A stretch of DNA of 64,000 bases from an uncultured Acidobacteriota bacterium (GTDB taxonomy: Bacteria; Acidobacteriota; UBA6911): positions 23,779 through 87,778 of the forward strand of contig CAYTYP010000013.1 of assembly GCA_964441405.1 (NCBI GenBank), in the 5' to 3' direction. Below are positions 20,341-28,600 of the stretch, one piece after another. Under the pieces are notes generated by a model that was not told where the DNA came from, did not search any database, and saw only the letters and a program-made list of their open reading frames with translations. The position numbers were made by a program, and so were the translations under genes. How positions within the stretch are numbered: the first letter of the stretch is position 1; every line of letters starts with the position of its first letter.

Positions 20341-21510
20341 ATGACGAATTTTTCTAAGTTTGATCGGATCCGGCGGCGGAACCTACGGTTTGTCGCTTTC
20401 CTTGCATTGTTCCTGTTCAGTGCGGCGGCCAATGCCATTGCCCAGGCCAAACCAAAGCCCGCCGGCCTGTCCGCTGTGGAATTCAGCCGGATGATTCGCA
20501 ATTTCTCAGAAGAGCCCGGCTATTTTTTCTCCGACAACTTTACCTCAAATGAAGATTCCTATTTGACCGTAGTAGATAAAATGCGGGAGTTGAAAGCGGC
20601 GGGGGGCGCCTATATCGGAGTCGGGCCCGAACAGAATTTCACCTATATAGCTAAAATTCGGCCGCGGATTGCTTTTATCGTGGATATCCGCCGCCAGGCG
20701 ATGATCCAGCATTTGATGTACAAAGCTATTTTTCATCTTTCACCTACGCGCGCGGAATTTCTTTCTAAATTGCTAAGCCTGCCTTTGGATGCGAAAGCGC
20801 CTGGAGCCCACGATTCCATTAATAATATTCTCCAGTATTTTTCCAAGGTTTCGCCCAATAGAAAGGCTTACACCTCCAACCTGGCAGCCATTGCCAAGAC
20901 TATCAAAGAGAATTTTCATTTCCCCCTTTCTCCGGAAGACTATGAAAGTCTCGAATACGTTTATCAAAACTTTTACAGCCGGGGCTTTAACATCGGATTC
21001 GATGTGGACGACATGGGCGGACGCTTCGGGCATTTGCCCAATCTGAAGGAAATCCTTGCTCAAGAAGATTTGAAGGGTAAACAGGGAAATTTCCTTGCCG
21101 TCGTTGAAGATTATAATTTCGTGCGTGATTTGCAGGAACAAAATATGGTTATCCCGATCGTGGGGGACTTTGCCGGGAAAAAGGCATTGGCGATGATTGC
21201 GGACTACCTGCGCAAAAACAAATACACCCTTACGGTTTTTTATCTCTCCAATGTTGAAATAGTGCTATTGGAATGGAACGATCAACACATGTTTTCCGAT
21301 TTCGTGGACAATGTGAGGAAGCTGCCGTTTAATGACAAGAGCTTGCTCATCCGTTCCACGTTTGCATACTATGGACAGCCGACAACCCTGCCCGGTTATG
21401 CTCTTTGCACGATGCTTCAGAGCCTGCCCGTTTTCCTGCGCGATTTTGATCAGGGCCGGTATTTCTCTTATCGCCAGTTAATCAGAACGCACTATATTTC
21501 GGCTTATTAG
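20341..21510 (+). CDS. hypothetical secreted protein
   Basis: 389-aa ORF with an N-terminal signal peptide (FLALFLFSAAANAIAQA). No recognisable family. Confidence 0.5.
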   Translation: MTNFSKFDRIRRRNLRFVAFLALFLFSAAANAIAQAKPKPAGLSAVEFSRMIRNFSEEPGYFFSDNFTSNEDSYLTVVDKMRELKAAGGAYIGVGPEQNFTYIAKIRPRIAFIVDIRRQAMIQHLMYKAIFHLSPTRAEFLSKLLSLPLDAKAPGAHDSINNILQYFSKVSPNRKAYTSNLAAIAKTIKENFHFPLSPEDYESLEYVYQNFYSRGFNIGFDVDDMGGRFGHLPNLKEILAQEDLKGKQGNFLAVVEDYNFVRDLQEQNMVIPIVGDFAGKKALAMIADYLRKNKYTLTVFYLSNVEIVLLEWNDQHMFSDFVDNVRKLPFNDKSLLIRSTFAYYGQPTTLPGYALCTMLQSLPVFLRDFDQGRYFSYRQLIRTHYISAY

Positions 21511-21743
21511 GAGGCCTATCCGGACAGCCGGCAAACGCTGTGAATTATTAGCGCAATTCCGGTAAATTATTATTTCTCTTGACGCAATCCGGAAAATCAA
21601 TTTAGGATTGGTATATCTAGAGGATCATTTCTCATAAAGCAAGGAAATCAGGAGTTTGTGATAATGAAAAGAGCTCTGTGGTGAGATAAATGACAGCGCT
21701 CGTCGTATATATAATAAACAGACTGTGAAAGAGGTGTCGTCCC

Positions 21744-22472
21744 ATGGCTGGAGACAAAAAGAAAGAAGATAAAAATGTTTCAAGGCGAGACTTTATGCGG
21801 GGCAGCGGTACTGCCCTAGCCGGAGGCGCCCTGACGGTTATTGCGACAACTACCCCGGTAGTTGCTGCGGATGAGCAGAAAAGCTTTCCGCTCTCAACAA
21901 AATATCTGGTTTATGATTCAAAACATTGCGCCGGTTGTTATGGCTGCATGATAGCCTGTTCCATGGCCCATGATGGGGAGGTCAGTTTTTCACTTTCCAG
22001 GATTCAAATGCACAGGGCAGTCCTCAATGAATATCCTGAAGACATTATCATACATGTGTGCAAGCAATGTCCTGAACCCCTCTGCGTGAAGTATTGTCCG
22101 ACAGGCGCTTGTCATATCAGCGCCGAAAACGGCAACATCAGAATGATCAATGCCGAAAAATGCATTGGTTGCCAGACTTGCATTAAAATGTGCCCGCAAA
22201 CTCCTCATCGCACCATTTGGAATCCTGTAGCGAAAAAATCGACGAAGTGCGATTTATGCACCAATACGCCCTTTTTTAACAAGAAAGGCGGCGTTGACGG
22301 AGCCCAGGCTTGTATTGAGGCTTGTCCCAAAAAAGTTCTAAAAGTCGTAGATAAACTTCCATTGGAAACTGGTGGATACGAAGTTGACCTGGCGCCTCCT
22401 GCTCCCAAAGGCGGATTCGGCGGATTCGGTGGACCCGGTGGAGCTAAACCTAAACCCAAAGCAGGGATCTAA
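21744..22472 (+). CDS. Tat-signal 4x[4Fe-4S] ferredoxin-type electron-transfer subunit (AorA-like)
   Basis: SRRDFMRGSG twin-arginine motif, multiple CxxCxxCxxxCP motifs and a Gly-rich C-terminal tail. Immediately upstream of the AOR gene. Confidence 0.75.
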   Translation: MAGDKKKEDKNVSRRDFMRGSGTALAGGALTVIATTTPVVAADEQKSFPLSTKYLVYDSKHCAGCYGCMIACSMAHDGEVSFSLSRIQMHRAVLNEYPEDIIIHVCKQCPEPLCVKYCPTGACHISAENGNIRMINAEKCIGCQTCIKMCPQTPHRTIWNPVAKKSTKCDLCTNTPFFNKKGGVDGAQACIEACPKKVLKVVDKLPLETGGYEVDLAPPAPKGGFGGFGGPGGAKPKPKAGI

Positions 22473-22492
22473 AGGAAAAGGAGGAAAATATT

Positions 22493-24494
22493 ATGGCAAC
22501 GCCAGGATTCGGTGGAAAAATTTTATTAGTTGACCTTTCAACCAAGCAAATAACAAGACTGGATACCGACAAATATGCAATGTATGGTGGCGGTCATGGC
22601 ACCTCCACAGCCATTTTCTGGGAATTTAGCGTGGCTCCGGGAGAATGGGATCTTCAAGACGCCTTTCATCACAGGAATTCCGTTTGCCGCCCGTACCAGC
22701 GTCTCGGGAATGTCTCCCCAGTTCTATCCAATTCAGTGGTGGAGTCACAGCAATTTTGGCGGCACGTTTTCTACGATGCTCAAATTGGCCGGCTGGGACG
22801 GCGTGGCTGTGATAGGCAAAGCGGACTCTCCGGTGTACATCAATATTGTTGACGATAAAGTCACGATAGAAAACGCCAGGGATTTATGGGGCATGACGAC
22901 ATGGAAGTGCCAGGAGGAAATCTGGAAAAAATCCGGCGTTCGCTACGGAATGGATTGGCAGCAATTGGATGGCGGTTTTACGTTGCAAAGACCTGCAATT
23001 GTAACGATGGGAGCTGCCGGTGAGAATATGACACGAGTTGCTTCCCTCGTGCATGGCGGCGGCAGCGGCGCGGGCCAGGGCGGATTTGGCGGCGTTTTCG
23101 GATCTAAAAACCTGAAAGCAGTCGCGGTTGTAGGCTCCGGCAGCATCAAAATAGCCGATCCTAAAGCGCTGGTGGATGCCAAAGAAAAATATTTCCGCGG
23201 CGGCGGTGGCGGTGGCGGGTTCGGCGGCGGCGCAGCAGATATTTCATCGTGTTGCGCGGGTTGCGGCATGGGCAGCAGAATGTGCCACAACCGAAACCGG
23301 GCTTACAGCGCCGATTCCGATGATTGCGCGGAATCGACTTGGTTCTCAATTACGAAAGAACAGTCCAACGGCGTGCAACTCCCGCAAGATATTAACAAAA
23401 AAGGGACCGATATCATTCAGCAGTTCGGGATCAATGGCATGGAAACCTGTTTCCAGGGTCCCATGTCATTTTCGACTTCTCATAATAAGGACTTCCCTAT
23501 CCAGCCGAATATTCCTGCCTACTCAGCGCTGGGCTGGTACATGATGAAGATGTATGAAATGAAGATAATCGGCCCCGGCACCAAGTTCGATACGGCGCCG
23601 CTCCCAATGGATAAATTCCCAAGCCAGGAATTCATGGAAATTTATGGACGAGCGATCGCAAACCGCGAAGGCTTTGGCAAGCTCCTCGGGGAAGGGACTG
23701 CCCGCCTTGCTGAAGCGCTTGGAAGAACGGATGACTTCAATACACTGGCCCGACAGACTATGTGGGGATTTATGGATCACTGGTCCCTGCCTGGAGTTGA
23801 ATGGGCTTACGGCAATCTGCTCGATTCCAGGGATATCAACAGCCACGATATCACTTGGGGACGAGTAGGAGCAGATGCTGCACCCACTGTGAAAGCCTAT
23901 GCAGCCGGGACGTTAAGGAACGAACCGCTATGGTTCGATTATACCTGGCAGGGAGATCAGGCTTATAAAACCGGAATTTATTCCAAATACAAAGCCGAAT
24001 GGGTCGCCTGGCATCAGCATTACTGGAACTATTATAAAGAATCAGTGGGTTACTGCGATTGGGGATATTGCCAACTCAACAACGGACGCACTCCTACCGC
24101 CGAACCTACATTTCTCAATGCCATCACCGGAAGAAATCATTCCTTCAATGACGGCCTGGAAATCGGCCGGCGCGCCTGGACTCTGAAGCGGGCCATTTTC
24201 GTAATGCAGGGCAGGCACAAAAAGATGGAGAATTTCTCGGGATATCATTACAGGCCCGGAGCCTCCTATTGCGGATATTCCACAACACTGCCCATACTCA
24301 ACGGCGATAAATGGGAATTCCAAAATTGCAAGGAGCTCTACTTCTCCAGAGAAGGGGTCGATCAGTTCAAAACCCATTTCTATAACGTAGAAGGCTGGAA
24401 TCCCGATTCCGGCTATCCGACGGGAAAGACTCTTGGAGATCTGGGTCTGAAGCATGTTGCGGATCATCTCAAGAAGAACAACAAGCTTGGATAA
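22493..24494 (+). pseudogene. tungsten aldehyde:ferredoxin oxidoreductase (AOR family) catalytic subunit, +1 frameshifted
   Basis: The AOR N-terminal domain (GKILLVDLSTKQITRLDT...YGGGHGTSTAIFWEF) reads in frame 2 from the ATG at 22493, which has a strong RBS. From about 22645 the AOR homology (NGIFKTPFITGIP...SHSNFGGTFSTMLKLAGWDGVAVIGKA, DWGYC) continues in frame 0 to 24494. Confidence 0.75.
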
Positions 24495-24518
24495 GCTTTA
24501 ACATCCAAAACTTTGAAG

Positions 24519-24556
24519 GCCGCCACGAATGCAACGAATTCGTGGCGGCTTTTTTG
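24519..24556 (+). terminator. rho-independent terminator
   Basis: Perfect 12-bp stem GCCGCCACGAAT/ATTCGTGGCGGC with a 7-nt loop, followed by TTTTTTG. Sits 25 nt after the AOR stop. Confidence 0.8.
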
Positions 24557-24587
24557 TTGTCGGCTTGTTCCCAGGAAGGAAAATATT

Positions 24588-26018
24588 ATGCAGTTATTCG
24601 GCGAATACGATGTGGTTGTTGTCGGCGGAGGAACTTCCGGAGTAGCGGCGGCTATCGCATCCGCGCGCGCCGGGGCCAAAACCATACTGATCGAACGGCT
24701 GGGCGTGCTTGGCGGACAGATGAACGTGTCCGGCCCTCCCGGATTCGCCTACGCCTATATGTTCAACCCGCGCTGCGAACAGATCATCGGCGGCATCATG
24801 GAAGAAACTCACAGCCGTTTGCTGAAGGAGGGTCACGCCTGGCCGCATGCCACGCCGGATTTTCGAATAGGATATAGCTTTTCTTTAGTCGATCCGGATT
24901 ATTGGGGACTTTTGATTTTTGAGATGATGGATGAATCCGGCGTGAACCTGCTGTTGCATTCGCTGGCAGTCGACGTTTTGAAAAAAGACAATTCCGTCCT
25001 TGGAGTTGTTGTTGAGAATCCTTCGGGCAGACAGTCTGTTTTGGGCAAGGTTATTATCGATTGCACGGGCGAGGGCGAAATATCCGCCCGCGCCGGCGCT
25101 TTGTTCGAACAGGTTTCCAAAGACCAGCTCGAGCCGCATACCATTTCCTTTACGGTGGACGGCGTGGACTGGGATAAGGTTCTGCAATACGTCAGGGAAA
25201 ACGCCGAATATGAATTCAATCCCATGACGCATCCTTATCTGAACTGGACCCGGGAACAGATCGTTGAAAGAATCCGGCAGGTGAAAGACATCACTGAAAT
25301 AAGCAACTTTATGGGTTATTACTCCATAAGGGATAAAGCTTTGGCCGCCGGGGAATGGCATCCGTTCAGCGGTTTGGGTTTTTTTATCATGCCCAGAGAC
25401 AACGGAAGATTCCAGGCGCATTTCCAGCATTCTTCCCAAGTAGGCAATGCGGATCCCACGGATGTAAGAGACTTGACTTATTGTGAAGTCGAGTGCAGAA
25501 AACAGGTGAGCATGGCGCTGAAGTTTATCAAAAAATATATGCCCGGATTTGAAAACTCCTATTTGACGAGAATGTGCCCGGAACTGAGAATACGCGAGAG
25601 CAGAAGAATCATGGGCGACTACATTCTGACAAAGCAGGACGTTGCAGAAGCTCAAAAATTCAAGGATGTCATAGGCAAAAGCTCATTCTCGTCGGGCGCC
25701 AAACACGTCGCGACAAGCGAGACAATATCTTATGAGGGCATCGTTTATCCCAAAGATGGAGGTTCCTACGACATACCCTATCGATGCCTCGTTCCAAAAG
25801 TGATCGATAATCTGCTGGTAGCCGGGAAAGCCATCTCCACCGACAGGGATTCCTACGCCAGGTTTCTGCAGGAAACGATGGTGACCGGGCAGGCTGCAGG
25901 AATCGCCGCTGCGATCTGCGCCCGGAAAGGCATTACTCCGCGAGAATTGGAGCAGGACGTCTCGGAATTGCAGGAAATCCTTATCAAGCAGGGCGCCATA
26001 CTGTACGGCACGCACTAG
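24588..26018 (+). CDS. FAD-dependent oxidoreductase (AorC-like FAD subunit candidate)
   Basis: VVVVGGGTSGVAAAIASARAGAKT dinucleotide-binding motif. ATG at 24588 preceded by AGGAAGGA. The alternative start at 24513 would overlap the terminator. Confidence 0.7.
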   Translation: MQLFGEYDVVVVGGGTSGVAAAIASARAGAKTILIERLGVLGGQMNVSGPPGFAYAYMFNPRCEQIIGGIMEETHSRLLKEGHAWPHATPDFRIGYSFSLVDPDYWGLLIFEMMDESGVNLLLHSLAVDVLKKDNSVLGVVVENPSGRQSVLGKVIIDCTGEGEISARAGALFEQVSKDQLEPHTISFTVDGVDWDKVLQYVRENAEYEFNPMTHPYLNWTREQIVERIRQVKDITEISNFMGYYSIRDKALAAGEWHPFSGLGFFIMPRDNGRFQAHFQHSSQVGNADPTDVRDLTYCEVECRKQVSMALKFIKKYMPGFENSYLTRMCPELRIRESRRIMGDYILTKQDVAEAQKFKDVIGKSSFSSGAKHVATSETISYEGIVYPKDGGSYDIPYRCLVPKVIDNLLVAGKAISTDRDSYARFLQETMVTGQAAGIAAAICARKGITPRELEQDVSELQEILIKQGAILYGTH

Positions 26019-26139
26019 AGTTGCCGCACTCCAAATATCGGTATTGGCCTACCAGACTGCTTTGGGGTAATGCTCGCGGATGCGAAGATCTTTGGTAATG
26101 AGCGGATCAGAATCCAGGGATGCCTGGGCAACGATGATT

Positions 26140-26370
26140 CTATCGAAAGGATCCCTGGTCCAACCTAGAGTTTCTGCCAATTTCGATTAAATCGTCCAGA
26201 TCGCCTGAAAATACATCAGGATGCTTATGCAGATTGTCGAATTTATCCGGCGGCTCCAGAGAAATAATTTTAAACTTTCTTCCCTTGGATTCGATTTCAA
26301 CGGACTGGCCTGTTAGAGCTGCCTTATCCAGAATCTTGAACAGATTTTTTCGTAGATTGGTTGCTTTCAT
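26140..26370 (-). CDS. Phd/YefM-family antitoxin (orphan)
   Basis: MKATNLRKNLFKILDKAALTGQSVEIESKGRKFKII fits the Phd/YefM N-terminal pattern. Confidence 0.5.
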   Translation of the reverse strand: MKATNLRKNLFKILDKAALTGQSVEIESKGRKFKIISLEPPDKFDNLHKHPDVFSGDLDDLIEIGRNSRLDQGSFR

Positions 26371-26436
26371 ACTCGCTGACTCCATCGACAATACATGTAC
26401 AATAAAAGATCAAGCAATGCGTACATGTCAAATATT

Positions 26437-26856
26437 TCACGTCAGGATGAATTGAGGCTCCAGGCAATATACAAGCACTTGTGTGATTTTCATGAAATGA
26501 GCATCAGTGGTTAACACTGCCAGTCCGTGCTGCATGGCGTTTGCTGCGATCCAGATGTCGTTGGTCGGCGTTGGCGAGCCGGCTTCCCAGAGAGCGTTCA
26601 GAATAAAAGCATACCTTTCGGATGTCTCTGCATCGATCGGAAGGATTGCGACGCGAGGCGATGAGATAAAGCGCTGCAGATATCCTTCGTTCTTCCCGCC
26701 CTGGCGCCCTTTTCCGAAACCGGACCGCAATTCGCCCAATACGATTGGATTTAAATAAATCTCCTTTGCGCGCTGGAGGTGTTTTTGTACTCCATCATGG
26801 CCTCTCAGTAATGCGGAATATGCGGACGTGTCCACCAGAATTCTCGTCATTTCCAC
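26437..26856 (-). CDS. vapC: PIN-domain ribonuclease toxin (VapC)
   Basis: ILVDTSAY start, then acidic residues spaced as in a PIN domain. Start overlaps the upstream antitoxin gene. Confidence 0.7.
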   Translation of the reverse strand: MEMTRILVDTSAYSALLRGHDGVQKHLQRAKEIYLNPIVLGELRSGFGKGRQGGKNEGYLQRFISSPRVAILPIDAETSERYAFILNALWEAGSPTPTNDIWIAANAMQHGLAVLTTDAHFMKITQVLVYCLEPQFILT

Positions 26857-27104
26857 AGATCTCTTTCAATAGAACGCTGCCTGACTAAGTTCTTATCAAA
26901 AGCGTCCGCTTCTTGTTTGCTCCAAACTCCGGCCAGATCATCCAGATCATGGTGTTCAGACGCCTTCGAGGAAGAAGGAATGCCTGCTTGTTCTTCGAGT
27001 AAATCAATCACAGCCTTATTCTGGCTTAATTTCTTCGTACGCATCCGATCGTTTATCACTCGATTGAGAGCGGGCGGGATTTTTCTAAGAGTAACCGTTT
27101 TCAA
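26847..27104 (-). CDS. VapB-type antitoxin (ribbon-helix-helix/AbrB-like)
   Basis: 85-aa ORF with a 10-bp overlap onto the vapC start. TLRKIPPALNRVINDRM N-terminus. Confidence 0.5.
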   Translation of the reverse strand: MKTVTLRKIPPALNRVINDRMRTKKLSQNKAVIDLLEEQAGIPSSSKASEHHDLDDLAGVWSKQEADAFDKNLVRQRSIERDLWK

Positions 27105-27273
27105 TGTCGTTCTCCCGGCTTATGCATCATTCATGCATCATTATGATGCACATTGTAGCAATATCCTTTATTTTTAACAAGCGAGGAATAGTCCTGCAAC
27201 CCAATCAACTTGACGTGAGAATGGGCAGGGGCTAGGATCGTGATGTGGGGTTTTTCAACTTAGAGATTGCGGG

Positions 27274-28092
27274 GTGCTTACTATGTCCTTCGTATTTATT
27301 CGGGGCGGCGGCGACCTCGCCAGCGGGGTTGCCCTTCGCTTGCATCGTTCCGGTCTGCCGGTGATTATCGCCGAGTTGCCGGAACCGCTGGCAGTGCGTA
27401 GGCGAGTTTCTTTCGCTTCAGCTATTTATGACGGCAGCATCCGGGTGGAAGATAGCCTTGCTCGCCGGGTTGACGATCCTATAGACAACCCGTCAATCAA
27501 ACAGATTATTGCTGAAGGGCAAATCCCTGTCCTGGTAGATCCGGATGGAGATTATATAAAAATTCTGAAGCCCAAGGTTGTGGTCGACGCCCGCATGCTG
27601 AAACACCAAGTGGAACGTCACCCGGGCCCGGAACAACTGCTGATTGGATTAGGCTCCGGATTCGTTGCCGGGGTGAATTGCGATGCCGTTATTGAAACCA
27701 ACCGGGGCAATTCTATGGGCCGCGTCCTATGGAAGGGCGCTTCCGAACAAAGCGCCGACAGTCCCGCAACAGTAGCCGGGCAATTGGAGGCGCACATTCT
27801 GCTGGCGCCGGTCGATGGCGTAGTCGAGACCTACGCCGAAATTGGCGATCACATAATCCCGGGACAGTCCATCGCACAGGTCAACGAACATTTTGTCAAT
27901 GCTACATTCAGTGGCATTCTGCGTGGATTGATCTATTCCGGATTGACGGTCAAAGCAGGCATGAGGATCGGAGAACTCGATCCGCGTGATGATCCTCGTC
28001 TATGTACGCAGGTTTCAGATAAAGCCATTGCAGTGGGAGGAGGCGTTTTAGAAGCCATCTCCTCAAGAATCGAATTATCGGAGTTTATATAA
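27274..28092 (+). CDS. XdhC/YqeB-family molybdenum-hydroxylase maturation accessory protein
   Basis: Rossmann-like FIRGGGDLASGVA N-terminus. Lies directly upstream of the 2Fe-2S/MoCo/FAD subunit genes. Confidence 0.5.
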   Translation: MLTMSFVFIRGGGDLASGVALRLHRSGLPVIIAELPEPLAVRRRVSFASAIYDGSIRVEDSLARRVDDPIDNPSIKQIIAEGQIPVLVDPDGDYIKILKPKVVVDARMLKHQVERHPGPEQLLIGLGSGFVAGVNCDAVIETNRGNSMGRVLWKGASEQSADSPATVAGQLEAHILLAPVDGVVETYAEIGDHIIPGQSIAQVNEHFVNATFSGILRGLIYSGLTVKAGMRIGELDPRDDPRLCTQVSDKAIAVGGGVLEAISSRIELSEFI

Positions 28093-28097
28093 TAGGA

Positions 28098-28598
28098 ATG
28101 AAGCCAGCCAGATCAATAAATTTGAAAGTAAACGGCCAAACCATCGAATTGGATATCGGCAAAAAACCTGGTCAAATCGATCCGTCCGATACCCTGATCC
28201 ACACTCTGCGGGAGACGCTCGGGCTGACAGGAACAAAATTTTCCTGCGGTCAGGGCGCTTGCGGGATTTGCACCGTTATCATGGATTCCAAGGCTGTCCT
28301 TGCCTGTAAAATCCTGACCATCGAATGTGATGGAAAAGAAATCACAACGATCGAAGGTCTGAGAGATCAAAAAACCGGAGCGCTCCATCCGCTGCAACAG
28401 GCGTTTGTCGACTATTCCGCCTTTCAATGCGGTTTTTGTACGCCTGGAATGATTATGACTGCCAAAGCGTTCCTCGATGAACATCCCCATCCTGCCGAAA
28501 ACGAGGTCCAAGACGCGCTTGCTGGCAATTTTTGCCGATGTGTCAGCCACTATCAGGCTTTCAAGGCTGTGATGTCGGTTGCAGATAAGGGGCGATAG
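28098..28598 (+). CDS. (2Fe-2S)-binding small subunit of molybdenum hydroxylase (CoxS/XdhC-small type)
   Basis: FSCGQGACGICTV and CGFCTPGMIM cysteine motifs. Confidence 0.85.
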   Translation: MKPARSINLKVNGQTIELDIGKKPGQIDPSDTLIHTLRETLGLTGTKFSCGQGACGICTVIMDSKAVLACKILTIECDGKEITTIEGLRDQKTGALHPLQQAFVDYSAFQCGFCTPGMIMTAKAFLDEHPHPAENEVQDALAGNFCRCVSHYQAFKAVMSVADKGR

Positions 28599-28600
28599 CC

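Noticed and set aside
22575-22852. Met at 22575 as an independent start of the AOR gene
   Set aside because: The AOR N-terminal domain is encoded upstream in another frame from a strong-RBS ATG at 22493. The locus is treated as one frameshifted gene.
22943-23290. Pro-rich 115-aa minus ORF
   Set aside because: It mirrors the Gly-rich (GGN codon) segment of the AOR gene on the opposite strand.
24513-24587. Longer start for the FAD oxidoreductase
   Set aside because: The extension would run through the AOR gene's terminator hairpin (24519-24556). ATG 24588 has an RBS and begins the GGG dinucleotide motif.
24885-25655. 256-aa minus-strand ORF
   Set aside because: Antisense to the FAD oxidoreductase gene, which has a clear dinucleotide-binding motif.
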